From an uncultured virus (IMG/VR IMGVR_UViG_3300020213_000033) (lineage: Duplodnaviria; Heunggongvirae; Uroviricota; Caudoviricetes), in IMG/VR virus record IMGVR_UViG_3300020213_000033: a DNA stretch of 64,000 nucleotides; one strand, written 5' to 3'. This document shows, piece after piece, positions 51,156 through 60,579 of the stretch. The notes below the pieces were generated by a model. The model was not told the DNA's origin, did no database searches, and saw nothing but the letters and a program-made list of their open reading frames with translations. Made by a program: the position numbers and the translations under genes. The number at the start of each line of letters is the position of its first letter. The stretch's first letter is position 1.

Positions 51156-51629
51156 CTAGTGGACCTGGTCTTCGTCGTCGTCTGGCGTGGAATTGGGGGC
51201 GTCGTAGGTCAGGTCGACCTCGTCGGTCGTCTCGTCGCCCTCGCCGCGCGCTAGGTCGCCGTCCTGCTTGATCACGTGGACCCGCAGCGTGTCGGCGCCG
51301 GGCACGAGCGACAGTTCGATGCCGGCGTGCTTGTAGACGCTGTAGTTCCGGTTGGTCATCTCCTGGAGCGCCGCGGCCTTACTGCTCTTCTCCTCCCTTT
51401 TCGCGTTGTTGATCACGTCGCGCTGCTCGGAGAGCCCCTCGCAGATCAGGTTCAGACGGACGTTCTGCGGCTGGGTCATGCCGGGGAGTTTCCGTTCCGC
51501 CGGCGTGTGGGCTTTCGCGGTGGCGGCGGCGTGGGCCTTGCTCCGCGGGGCGGACTTGCGCGAGGCGCGCGCGGACGTCTTCTTCGGCGTCGGGATCTTG
51601 CGGGCGGTCTTCTTCTTGGCTTTGCTCAT
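51156..51629 (-). CDS. Hypothetical protein, basic N-terminus and acidic tail
   Basis: 157-aa ORF. Confidence 0.65.
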   Translation of the reverse strand: MSKAKKKTARKIPTPKKTSARASRKSAPRSKAHAAATAKAHTPAERKLPGMTQPQNVRLNLICEGLSEQRDVINNAKREEKSSKAAALQEMTNRNYSVYKHAGIELSLVPGADTLRVHVIKQDGDLARGEGDETTDEVDLTYDAPNSTPDDDEDQVH

Positions 51630-51662
51630 GACGACTCGTTCCTTGGGTTGGGGTGGACGGGG

Positions 51663-52151
51663 TTACAGGGTCGTGCGGCGCTTGTACTCCGCGATCAGGA
51701 GGCAATCCGCGATCGCGTGGGTGACGCGCGTGCCGGGGAAGAGATTCTGTGCGAGCGTCTTCGTGATGTTCTTGTCCCGTCGCACGGGCGGCGACGGCGG
51801 GGCGCCCTTCACCCGCTTGGCGGCTTTCGGGTAGGACACGCCCATCACCTTCTGCCATCGGCGCGGCAGCACGTCCTCGAACGTCACGCCGTGCGCGACC
51901 AGCGCCATGCGGATCGCGCCGTAATTGGTGCCGAAGGTGAACGCGCCGACGTGGCCCCAGCCGGGCGAGGACCAGACGCGCTCGAGCGCCGCGTACACGA
52001 CGCGGCCGAGCGGGGCGAGTAAGCAGAAGATTGCGCGGTCCTCGTCCGGCATGGCCGAGACGTAGACCACCCGCCCATCCGTGTCGAGTAGGGCGATCCC
52101 GCCTGACGTGCCGGGATCGATGCCCAGAAAATAGGGTTCGGGAAAACTCAT
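51663..52151 (-). CDS. RuvC-like Holliday junction resolvase
   Basis: LGIDPGTSGGIA; ALERV; AFTFGTNYG; PRRWQK; ADCLLIA. Confidence 0.88.
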   Translation of the reverse strand: MSFPEPYFLGIDPGTSGGIALLDTDGRVVYVSAMPDEDRAIFCLLAPLGRVVYAALERVWSSPGWGHVGAFTFGTNYGAIRMALVAHGVTFEDVLPRRWQKVMGVSYPKAAKRVKGAPPSPPVRRDKNITKTLAQNLFPGTRVTHAIADCLLIAEYKRRTTL

Positions 52152-53116
52152 GGTTGCTGCTCCGGTTGGGATTCTACCTCTTGCGCGAACATCGGCGCGG
52201 CGTCACCGATCCTTCGCCGAGCCAACGCCACGTATTCCGCGCTCAATTCACAGCCGACGAAGTGCCGGCCAGCCCGCACGGAGACCGCGCCTGTTGTGCC
52301 TGAGCCCACAAATGGGTCCAGCACGGTATCGCCGGCTCGGCTGCCGGCAAAGATGCACGGCGCGATCAGGGCCTCCGGGAAGGTGGCGAAGTGTGCCTCT
52401 GGATAGGGTTGTGTGGCGACCGTCCAGACGCTGCGCTTGTTTCGCTCGTCCACGAGGCCGGCTGTCGCTGCACTAAAGCTCGCGTTTTGCTTCGCCCCAG
52501 GCGCGTTTAAAGCCGCCTTGGGATTAACGCCGGAACCTCGCCCATGTGCCGTACCGCTTACCGGCTCCGTAATCGCCTTCCAGTCGTAGTAGTAGCGCGG
52601 CGACTTCGTGAGCAGGAACAGATACTCGTGCGCCTTTGTCGGCCGGTCAGTCACGGACTCAGGCATCGGGTTGGGCTTCGCCCAGATAATGTCTGCGCGG
52701 AGATACCAGCCATCAGCGCGGAGCGCGAAGGCGACGAGCCATGGGATGCCGATGAGGTCCTTGGGTTTAAGACCAGTCGCAACCTTCTGCCTCCCAATCC
52801 CAGTGGCGCCGTGGAGCGCCTTTACGTGCTTGCCACCACTGGACCCGCCCCACTTCGTGTCGTTCGCATAACTGTCACCGAGGTTCAGCCACAATGTCGC
52901 GTCGTCCTTGAGCACGCGCCGCACCTCGCGGAACACGTCCACCAGCGCCGACACGTAGGCGTCGGGGGTGGCTTCGAGGCCGAGTTGCCCCGCCACGCCG
53001 TAGTCCCGGAGCCTCCAATACGGCGGACTCGTCACGCACATCTGCACACTGGCATCGGGTAGCGTGCGGAGCCCGTCGCGCACGTCGCCGTGGAGAATTT
53101 GCCATGTGCTCATCAA
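52148..53116 (-). CDS. DNA methyltransferase, N4-C/N6-A beta class
   Basis: VTSPPY motif IV; HFATFP; VLDPFVGSGTT motif I. Confidence 0.93.
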   Translation of the reverse strand: MMSTWQILHGDVRDGLRTLPDASVQMCVTSPPYWRLRDYGVAGQLGLEATPDAYVSALVDVFREVRRVLKDDATLWLNLGDSYANDTKWGGSSGGKHVKALHGATGIGRQKVATGLKPKDLIGIPWLVAFALRADGWYLRADIIWAKPNPMPESVTDRPTKAHEYLFLLTKSPRYYYDWKAITEPVSGTAHGRGSGVNPKAALNAPGAKQNASFSAATAGLVDERNKRSVWTVATQPYPEAHFATFPEALIAPCIFAGSRAGDTVLDPFVGSGTTGAVSVRAGRHFVGCELSAEYVALARRRIGDAAPMFAQEVESQPEQQP

Positions 53117-54561
53117 ATTGTCACCCGCTTCCTGGCGATGATCATGGCCTTTTTGGTGGCGGCTTTCTCCTCTGCCGTGGGCTCCGGCGCGGTGTAGCCC
53201 TCGGGCATTTCCTCAAACCGGGTCGTCTGGCGGTCCAGGGTCAGCCAGATGTCCGCGGTGTCGTGGTTCCGCGCCTTGTCGATAATAAAGGCGGTCGGGC
53301 CGCTGTTCTTGTGGTCTTTCCGGTGCAGAAACGCGATCACGTCGGCATCCTGCTCGAGCGCGCCGGTGTCGCGAAGGTCTGACAGCTTCGGCCTCGGGTC
53401 GTCCCGGATCGTGCTGTTGCGGTTCAGCTGCGACAGCAGCATCACCGGCACGTCGAGCTCTCCAGCCATCAGCTTCAGTTCCCTGCTCACTGCGGCGAGC
53501 TCCGCGCTGCGGTTCGTCTCTCCGCCTTTCCTCGGTTCGCCTTTCATCAGCTGGAAGTAGTCGATGATCACGAGGTCGAGCCCGCCGTCCGCCATCATCT
53601 GCCGACACTTGCCCCGGATGGTTGAGACGTAGGGTTTGTCGGCCGCGTCGTCAATGAAGAGGCCCATCGTCGCCATGCGCTCCTGCGCCTGCGCCACCGC
53701 CGCCCACTCGTGCGTGACGTGCTCGGGGATGCCGCCGCCGCGGAGGCGCTTGATCGGGATGCCGGTGAGCAACGCCATGAGGCGATACATCAGTTGTAGC
53801 TTCTTCATCTCCAACGAAAAGAACGCGACGCGCCGCTGCATGCCGTCGCGCCGGTGCGACTCTGCCGCAGTCCATGCGCTCTTGAGCACGAGACTCGTCT
53901 TCCCGATCGACGGGCGCGCGGCCACCACCACGAGATCGCCGTTTTCCCAGCCGCCGGTATGCACGTCGAGGGTGGAGAAGCCCGTGGGCACACCCAGTAG
54001 CTCGCCGCGGTGCGCGAAGCGGTATTCCAGGTCGGCCGAGAGTTGCCGGCCGAGTTCCGACGTGTGCAGGAGCGCGCCACCGGTGCCGTGCCGGAGTTTG
54101 ATGATCGCCGAGTCCGCGTCCGCGAGGAGCGTGGCAACGTCATCGCCATCGAACGCTTGCGCCAGCATGGCCTGGCCGGCGGCGATGATTTCGCGCCGCT
54201 GCTTCGCTTCGGCCACCAGTGTGGCGTAGTGCGCGATGTTCGTGGCGCGTGTGGCGCCGGTCAACAGCTCCGAGAGGTAGAGCATCCCGCCGACGTCCTC
54301 GAGGGTGCCATGCCGCACGAGGTCGGCCTGTGTCGTCAGCGGGTCCGCGAGCCCGTGCGGCCGCTCGAGTTGCCGGGCGAGGCTGGCGAACAGCAGTTGG
54401 TGCGCCAGCCGATAGAACGACGCCTCGCGCACGAGCGGCGCCGCCTTCGCATACGCGGCGTTGTCGACCAGGATCGACGCCAGCACCGCGCGCTCCGCGT
54501 CGAGGTTGTGGGGGAGGACACGATCAGACTCCGTGTCGGCCCTCGCGGCGCGCGTCACCAT
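53113..54561 (-). CDS. dnaB: Replicative DNA helicase, DnaB family
   Basis: PHNLDAERAVL; AARPSIGKT; FFSLEM; IIDYFQLM; LSQLNR; LRDTGALEQDAD. Confidence 0.95.
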   Translation of the reverse strand: MVTRAARADTESDRVLPHNLDAERAVLASILVDNAAYAKAAPLVREASFYRLAHQLLFASLARQLERPHGLADPLTTQADLVRHGTLEDVGGMLYLSELLTGATRATNIAHYATLVAEAKQRREIIAAGQAMLAQAFDGDDVATLLADADSAIIKLRHGTGGALLHTSELGRQLSADLEYRFAHRGELLGVPTGFSTLDVHTGGWENGDLVVVAARPSIGKTSLVLKSAWTAAESHRRDGMQRRVAFFSLEMKKLQLMYRLMALLTGIPIKRLRGGGIPEHVTHEWAAVAQAQERMATMGLFIDDAADKPYVSTIRGKCRQMMADGGLDLVIIDYFQLMKGEPRKGGETNRSAELAAVSRELKLMAGELDVPVMLLSQLNRNSTIRDDPRPKLSDLRDTGALEQDADVIAFLHRKDHKNSGPTAFIIDKARNHDTADIWLTLDRQTTRFEEMPEGYTAPEPTAEEKAATKKAMIIARKRVTI

Positions 54562-55088
54562 GAGAGCCGCTCTTTGTTCGATGCCTTTGTGCAACCGGCC
54601 TGCGTGGTGCAAGGCGGGGTGTGCCGGCAATCGCTCGGTGCAGGCTCATCGGAAAGGAAGTCGCCCAGGGCCGCGTCACCGGATGCCTCGGCGTGCTGGT
54701 TGACCGTCGCCACGAACACGCCGAACGAGTGCCGCGCCTTGGCGAAGAACAGATCGTGCGACAGCAGATACCGCTGCATCCGCCGCGCCAGTTCCTCGAT
54801 CCCGAGTTGCTTGATCAGCCGCTTCAGGTGCGGCACGTCCTTGAAGGCCGTGAAGGCGTAGGGCGACCGATAGCGCCGCTCCCACGCCTGGCTGAACGTG
54901 CTCGCGGCGATCTTCACCAGATCCCCGATGGCCTGCTCGCCCTTGAGCACTTTCGCCAGTTGCTCGCTGAGATCGGCCCGCTGGGCGTCCAGCGCGTCTA
55001 GCGCGTCCACGATCTTTGTCGCTCGTGCGATCCTGCGCTGCATCGTAGCGAGAGTCTCGTCGTCTTCGTTCTTCGTCTTGGTTGCCAT
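54555..55088 (-). CDS. Putative replication/helicase-loading protein
   Basis: AAGGAG RBS; immediately upstream of dnaB; helical domain resembling phage initiator C-termini. Confidence 0.5.
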   Translation of the reverse strand: MATKTKNEDDETLATMQRRIARATKIVDALDALDAQRADLSEQLAKVLKGEQAIGDLVKIAASTFSQAWERRYRSPYAFTAFKDVPHLKRLIKQLGIEELARRMQRYLLSHDLFFAKARHSFGVFVATVNQHAEASGDAALGDFLSDEPAPSDCRHTPPCTTQAGCTKASNKERLSW

Positions 55089-55109
55089 GCTCGCTGCTCC
55101 TTCGAGTAT

Positions 55110-55585
55110 GTGGTGATGAGATTAGCCAAGGTCAGGAGCCCACGAGGCAGACGGCTCCCCATACCCTCTGAAGAGAGGATGCGAAAGCCTGCCCCGTTGG
55201 GTTGCGACAGCCAATGGCCGATCGCCCTTTCGTGGCCCGACGCTGCCCGTTAGCACAGCGCGTCGGATGGTCCGGACTTTTCGAGACGCGGCTTACGGCG
55301 TCCCCCTCTACTCAGGCTCCAGACCTCCCGGCCCGACCTGCCCACACTCCGTAGTCACCCGAGTTGTGTGGTCCGTGCGGTAATCGATGGCGCTAGGTGG
55401 CGTCGTCCTGGCTCCCCACCATCGACTAAGCAGGGTATACTCTCCGAACTGGCTGGGCGGGAAGTGGGAGTCATCCCCCACACCATCTGGTCGCCCGGCG
55501 GCGCGAGGGCCTGCTTCCCTTCGCGTTGCCGGGCATCTTCCCCCCTTTGGTCCTCCAATAGCAAGTACGCTCCTGATTGATAGAG
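55110..55585. ncRNA. Candidate structured non-coding region / replication origin
   Basis: Largest intergenic gap; at least seven stem-loops. Confidence 0.4.
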
Positions 55586-55589
55586 CGAT

Positions 55590-58349
55590 CTAGCGCCGGC
55601 CACGCCGGTGGTGTAGGGCGCTGTCGATGAGCGCGCCGGCGGCGCCGCTGGTCAGCGTGGCCGCGTTGAACGGCACGCGGAGACGCTTCAGGAACTCCAT
55701 CTGCTTCGTGCTCGCGGGGTTCCCCTTCCAGCGCGCGGTGCGGCTCTTCATTTTCGCGACGCTGCCGCGCTGCTCGGTCACGTAGGACTCGCCGAGCATC
55801 ACGGCCGTGGCGAGGTTGGCGATCTGTGACGCGATGGTGCGCTGGCGTAGGGCCGTCGCATCCGCCGCGCGTGGGTGGAACTCCACGGCGACGTCCCAGT
55901 GGCCCAGCATGTCCTGAGACACCCGCACCGTCTCGTGGCCGTCGCTCCACGGGTAGTTCAGGCGGTAGACTTCCCCGGCGCGCATCCAGTCCAGGTGCGT
56001 CGCTTGGAGCACGCTGGGGTCCAAGGGCTGCACGTCGAAGACGTTGACCTCGACCAACCGCGAGCGGAGCTGGTCGAGGTCGGTGAGGCTCGAGAGTATG
56101 GCATCGAGATCCACGCCTGCGTGCTCGTCGCGCAGCGCCGCGATGTCCGCCTCGAGCACGTCGAGCCGCTGCCCCTTCGCGTTGATGAGCGGCGGCAGGC
56201 CGTAGAGCACCGGCGCGGCCATCAGACTGTGCTTCCGGCTGATGTCGACCATGTCGAGGATCAGGCAGTCGTCTTTGCCGGGGAACAGGCGCAGGCCGCG
56301 GCCGGTCATCTGGGTATAGAGCGTGGCGCTCTTCGTCGGTTTCAGGTGGAGGATGCACGACGTGCGCGGCAGGTCGGTGCCCTCGGTCAACAACATGGCG
56401 TTGAAGAGGCCATCGATCTGGCCCTCGGTGTACTGGCGCAGTAGCCTCCGGCGGTCGTCGTCCGGGGTCTGGCCGCTGATGGGCAGGAAGCGATGGCCCG
56501 CCTTCTGCCACAGGTCGGCCGCGGCGTGCGCGTGGGCGACGTCCACGGTGAACCCGAGCGTGGGGCGTCCCAGCGCGTGCTGTTGCCACGCCAGGAGCGC
56601 CTGGGCGTTGCGCTGCGGCGTGTTGACGGCCGTCGCTAGGTCCTTCTGGTTGAACTCGCCTGCGGTCGTCCGGACGGCTTCAAGGCTCGCGTCGGTGGCG
56701 ACCGCCAGCGCCCGGGGCGGGGCCAGCCACGCATCCTTGATGGCCGCCTTCATCGGATAGGAAAAAGCGATCGTTTGGAACACGACCGACAGCCCGACCG
56801 CGTCCGTCCTGTTGGGCGTGGCGGTGAAGCCCACCAGGAGCCGGTCCTGGGGCGCCACGGCGTCCCAGGCGTTCATCCGGGCCGCAATGGCCTCGGTGCG
56901 CTTCGTGCTCGACAACAGCGAGTCTAGGGGGGCCACGCCGCCGTGGTCTGGGAGGAAGCCCAGGACGGCGAGCACGCGCCGGTAGCTATCGGCCGAGGCG
57001 TGGTGGCAGTTCGACACGAAGATGCCGTTTGCGGCATACGTGTGGAAGTCTTCTACTTCGAGATTGTAGACAAGACCGTCCGCACACACGCCGCCAAATC
57101 GGCCGTCACTTCCTGGTTCGAGAACCTCAAGATCGTCCACCCGAGCCCAGCGAGACACGCGCCCTTTTTCGAGTCTTGCGCCTGTCGTGATTTCGCCCCG
57201 TGACTCGGGCCGTCTACTTCGATCCCGATCAGCATCGGCCTGTTGGCGATGTCGATCTTGTAATTCGTCGGGTAGATGCCCCCCCTCGGCTCCCTGGTCT
57301 TGACCACGACTTCTGTCTCCCAGCCGAGCGCCAGCGCCAGCGCGGCCTGCGGCAACGGGATCGGCTTCCCGTTGCCGCCACGCGACGTCGGCCTGTGGCC
57401 GATCTTGCGAAGTGACGCCTGCATCTTCTCGCGTGCCGAGGCCAGCCGCATCGGGTTGTTCCGCTTCATCCGCGCCGATGCGTGCTTCCGATTCGTCCGT
57501 GCCATCCGCGCCGACGACTCCTCTGATGTTGTCCTGTCCCTGCACTCGTCCGAACAGAAGGCCCGGCCGCTGCGCCTGAACGTGTCGATTCGGGCCTTCG
57601 TGTCCAACAGTTTCGGGGCGAGGCAGCGGCGACACTGGACGTGTGTTCCTATCTTGATTTTCATTTGGCGGCTCCGTGGTGACGGCGATGGTATCACTTC
57701 GTCGCAGATCCTCCGCGCGCACCCATCCGCGCATGGTCCAGATCCGGTGATTTGGAGTGCAATGCAGCGTCACGCCGTTGGATGCGCGCACGCGCACGAT
57801 ACCGGTCGGCGCTTTGCACATGAGGCGCACGACGCGCTTCTGCTCGATGACGCCGGTGCGCGGGCAGAACGCCGTGACCATCTCGCCTACGCGCACGGAC
57901 TCGATGGGCCGACCATCCACCAGCGTGCCGGCAGGGAAGCACTCGTCCACGATCACGAGCCCGAACTGCATGTGGACCAGGAGCCGGTGTAGCCGTCGCT
58001 GGTCGCGTGCGTCCAGGGTCTGGATACTGGCCACGATGACGTCGGAGTAGACGTTGGCGCATTCGTTTCCCTTTTCCTTCGTGACGATCAGGCCAGGGTT
58101 GTTCTGGCGGATACGCGTCACGGCTTGGGCGATCAGCTCCTCGCGGTGCGCGATGACGAGCATCTTGCGATGCTTCTGCGGCAGGGAGTCGAGCCAGGGG
58201 CCGAGCCGGGTGGGCAAGGACGAGAACACGGTCGTCTTGCCGACCCCGGTGGCCGCCTGGACCAGTACGCGGTTCTGGCCGGCGAGGCGTGCGGCGACGA
58301 TACTGTCGAGCATCTTCTCCTGGTAGGGCCGAAGTTCCTGGGACGCCAT
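55590..58349 (-). CDS. DExH-box SF2 helicase containing an intein
   Basis: ATGVGKT; IAHREEL; VIVDE-[intein]-CHH; GFTATPNR; LTEGTDLP; QMTGRGLR. Confidence 0.93.
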   Translation of the reverse strand: MASQELRPYQEKMLDSIVAARLAGQNRVLVQAATGVGKTTVFSSLPTRLGPWLDSLPQKHRKMLVIAHREELIAQAVTRIRQNNPGLIVTKEKGNECANVYSDVIVASIQTLDARDQRRLHRLLVHMQFGLVIVDECFPAGTLVDGRPIESVRVGEMVTAFCPRTGVIEQKRVVRLMCKAPTGIVRVRASNGVTLHCTPNHRIWTMRGWVRAEDLRRSDTIAVTTEPPNENQDRNTRPVSPLPRPETVGHEGPNRHVQAQRPGLLFGRVQGQDNIRGVVGADGTDESEARIGADEAEQPDAAGLGTREDAGVTSQDRPQADVAWRQREADPVAAGRAGAGARLGDRSRGQDQGAEGGHLPDELQDRHRQQADADRDRSRRPESRGEITTGARLEKGRVSRWARVDDLEVLEPGSDGRFGGVCADGLVYNLEVEDFHTYAANGIFVSNCHHASADSYRRVLAVLGFLPDHGGVAPLDSLLSSTKRTEAIAARMNAWDAVAPQDRLLVGFTATPNRTDAVGLSVVFQTIAFSYPMKAAIKDAWLAPPRALAVATDASLEAVRTTAGEFNQKDLATAVNTPQRNAQALLAWQQHALGRPTLGFTVDVAHAHAAADLWQKAGHRFLPISGQTPDDDRRRLLRQYTEGQIDGLFNAMLLTEGTDLPRTSCILHLKPTKSATLYTQMTGRGLRLFPGKDDCLILDMVDISRKHSLMAAPVLYGLPPLINAKGQRLDVLEADIAALRDEHAGVDLDAILSSLTDLDQLRSRLVEVNVFDVQPLDPSVLQATHLDWMRAGEVYRLNYPWSDGHETVRVSQDMLGHWDVAVEFHPRAADATALRQRTIASQIANLATAVMLGESYVTEQRGSVAKMKSRTARWKGNPASTKQMEFLKRLRVPFNAATLTSGAAGALIDSALHHRRGRR
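57009..57941 (-). mobile_element. Intein (311 aa) inserted in helicase Walker B
   Basis: Block A CFPAGTLV; block B LHCTPNHRIW; blocks F/G VYNLEVEDFHTYAANGIFVSN followed by +1 Cys. Confidence 0.93.
57053..57664 (-). CDS. DUF559/Vsr-like endonuclease nested in +1 frame within the intein
   Basis: GGAG 7 nt before ATG 57664; CRRC...FCSDEC; YKIDIA...IEVDGPSH...LGWTILRFSNQEV. Confidence 0.85.
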   Translation of the reverse strand: MKIKIGTHVQCRRCLAPKLLDTKARIDTFRRSGRAFCSDECRDRTTSEESSARMARTNRKHASARMKRNNPMRLASAREKMQASLRKIGHRPTSRGGNGKPIPLPQAALALALGWETEVVVKTREPRGGIYPTNYKIDIANRPMLIGIEVDGPSHGAKSRQAQDSKKGACLAGLGWTILRFSNQEVTADLAACVRTVLSTISK

Positions 58350-58353
58350 GGGG

Positions 58354-59370
58354 TCAGCCCCGGATCTTCGTGTTGGAGATCAGCCGGACGCCGGGCCAGT
58401 GGTTGATAGCCTCGCCCATGCTGCGGGCGCGGGCGGTGAGTTCGGCCTGCTTCACGGTCAGCAGGGCCGAGGCGGGAATGCGGTAGGGGTTGCCCGGGGC
58501 GAGGCACGCCGCGAGGAACGCGCCTTCGTCGAACAGCTCGGCGCGGTAGGTGGTGCGGTCGGCACTGGCCGCGACCTCGGGCTGCACGGTCACGTCTGCG
58601 ATCACGACGGGCTTGGCGATGACGGCGGCGGCCTGCTGCCGGAGTTCCACGGCGCGGTCATGCGCCGCGAAGGCCGCGATGACCTTCGGCGTCGCCAGGA
58701 GCCGGCTGGCGGTCGCGTCCGGGTGCTTGAATCCAGCGGCGCGCGCGGCATTGCCGGCGGACGCGCCATGCCGGCTGCTCGCGACGAACGCGGCCACGAA
58801 GACGCGCTCGCGCTCACTCAGGTCCGGCGACGACGCCTCGGCCTCGAGCGCCGCCTCTTCGAGCTTGCGGAGTTCGGCCGCGCGCGCCTCGCGTTCGAGG
58901 GCTTCGTGGGCGTCCCGCTTGCGCTGCTCCTCGAGCCGCACACGCTGGGCTTCGGCGGCGACCCAGTCGTTGTGCAGCCGCGTGCCCAGGGCGATGGCGT
59001 CCTCCATCGGGCGGTCGGCGCGCTGGAACGCGGCGATCAGGCGCTTGTGCAGCGAGAACACGACGCCGCGTGCGTCCCAATGATTGGTTGCCTCACGCCG
59101 CTCCGCGGTCCACTGCCGCACGGTCGCCACGATGGCCTCGTCCTCGTCTTTGCTGGTGGGCTGCCGGAGCTGCTTGGCGACGTCGAGGGTGTCGAGCGCG
59201 CGATCTTCGAGCCGCCGGGCCGTGGTCAGGAACCCGGCGATGTTCGTGAGGAACGATCCCAGCGTGGCGACTTCGGTGTGGGCGCCGACTTGGAGTGACG
59301 TGTCGATCACATCGTCGGCGACAGGGACGGTGACAGGCGTAACGACAGGGACGGTGGGCTTCTTGGCCAT
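58354..59370 (-). CDS. Coiled-coil protein with internal TerS-like HTH
   Basis: AAGGAG RBS; LSERERVFVAAF...AARAAGF..PDATASRLLATPKV; C-terminal WPGVRL. Confidence 0.7.
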   Translation of the reverse strand: MAKKPTVPVVTPVTVPVADDVIDTSLQVGAHTEVATLGSFLTNIAGFLTTARRLEDRALDTLDVAKQLRQPTSKDEDEAIVATVRQWTAERREATNHWDARGVVFSLHKRLIAAFQRADRPMEDAIALGTRLHNDWVAAEAQRVRLEEQRKRDAHEALEREARAAELRKLEEAALEAEASSPDLSERERVFVAAFVASSRHGASAGNAARAAGFKHPDATASRLLATPKVIAAFAAHDRAVELRQQAAAVIAKPVVIADVTVQPEVAASADRTTYRAELFDEGAFLAACLAPGNPYRIPASALLTVKQAELTARARSMGEAINHWPGVRLISNTKIRG

Positions 59371-59441
59371 GATCGACTGCTCCTTGAATTGTGGCGAGAG
59401 AGAGACGCACGCCGGAGGGTCATGCCTCCGTGCGTGCGGTA

Positions 59442-59471
59442 AGACTACGCGACGACTTGGCGTTTTGTCAA
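59442..59471 (-). promoter_or_regulatory. sigma70-like promoter
   Basis: TTGACA-18nt-TAGTCT. Confidence 0.55.
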
Positions 59472-59980
59472 ATCTCCATCAGGGCGAGCTGCTGCAGCAC
59501 GGCCGTCTGGCGGGGCGAGAGGGGGCCGACCGTGCCGGCCTGCCGCTCAGCGGCGACCTCGAACCAGGTCGGCCCGACCGGGCGCTGGGTGGCTTGGCCG
59601 GTGAGGTAGGCGTACATGGCGATGTCGAGGAACCAGACGATCGGCCCCTTGGCGCCGTCCGCCGTGAGGGGCTCCCATTGCAAGGTGTGCCTGTCGAGGC
59701 TGATCGGGTTGTCCTTGTGCCGCTCCGCGCACACCAGCAGCAGGTTGGCGGCGTCGTTGCGGTCCTCGGCCGGGTTGCCGCCGGCACCCTGATGCGCGCG
59801 GTGGCTCACTTCGAGCCGCAGCCGGAGCCGCCGGCACCCGCAGAGCGGAAACCGACAGCCCTTGTCTCGCGCCTTCACGACGCGCTTGGACGCGTCAAGG
59901 TGCGACTTCCGCGTCTTCGTCCGCAGGGCCCGGCGCACCTTCTGGCTCGGCCCACTGTCTTTCCACAGCGGCGCCGGCAT
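59468..59980 (-). CDS. HNH endonuclease-like protein
   Basis: RDKGCRFPLC...LEVSH...NLLLVCAERH. Confidence 0.7.
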   Translation of the reverse strand: MPAPLWKDSGPSQKVRRALRTKTRKSHLDASKRVVKARDKGCRFPLCGCRRLRLRLEVSHRAHQGAGGNPAEDRNDAANLLLVCAERHKDNPISLDRHTLQWEPLTADGAKGPIVWFLDIAMYAYLTGQATQRPVGPTWFEVAAERQAGTVGPLSPRQTAVLQQLALMEI

Positions 59981-60579
59981 CAGGCGGCCCGCCGTCCGGC
60001 GAACTCGCCCAGGATGCGGCGCGCCTCGTCCAGCTCCTTCATGTCCGTGTGCGGCTTGAGCTTGTACCTGCCGGTCTTCTTGAGGTACAGCGCGTAGCGC
60101 GGGATGCCCTCGGCCGGGAGGCCGACGTGGGGCTCGAGGAGGATGGCCTGCAGCGCCGTCTGGATGCGCGCCGCTGGGGTTTCGATGCCGCTCTTGATGT
60201 CGCACAGCGACTTGGCACCCTGCACCAGCCCGTAGCGGTCTGGGCGTCCGCCGAAGTACCACGTCCAGTTCACGAACGGGACTTCGATGTGCTCCCACTC
60301 CGGGGCGAGCTCCGCCAGGAACCGCTCGTAGGCGTGGATGTAGCCCAGGACGTCACCCGCGATGAGATCCTTGGCCGACGCGAAGACACCCATGTCGAGG
60401 TCGGCAGTGAGCCGGTGGACGCGCTCGCCGCGGTGGCAGTGCTCGGGCTTGAACCACTGGGCATTGACCTTGCCGGCCTGCTCGAGCATCCCGGTGATGT
60501 GCGGCATGACGGCGCCGGTCTGGTCGTCGATGTACTCGTGGACGTGGCTGTCGAAGCTGAAGGTGCTACTCATCGCCAT
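59980..60579 (-). CDS. PD-(D/E)XK exonuclease (Cas4/lambda-exo-like)
   Basis: HEY...PHITGML; RGERVH; FGGRPD; CDIKSG; IQTALQ. Confidence 0.8.
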   Translation of the reverse strand: MAMSSTFSFDSHVHEYIDDQTGAVMPHITGMLEQAGKVNAQWFKPEHCHRGERVHRLTADLDMGVFASAKDLIAGDVLGYIHAYERFLAELAPEWEHIEVPFVNWTWYFGGRPDRYGLVQGAKSLCDIKSGIETPAARIQTALQAILLEPHVGLPAEGIPRYALYLKKTGRYKLKPHTDMKELDEARRILGEFAGRRAA

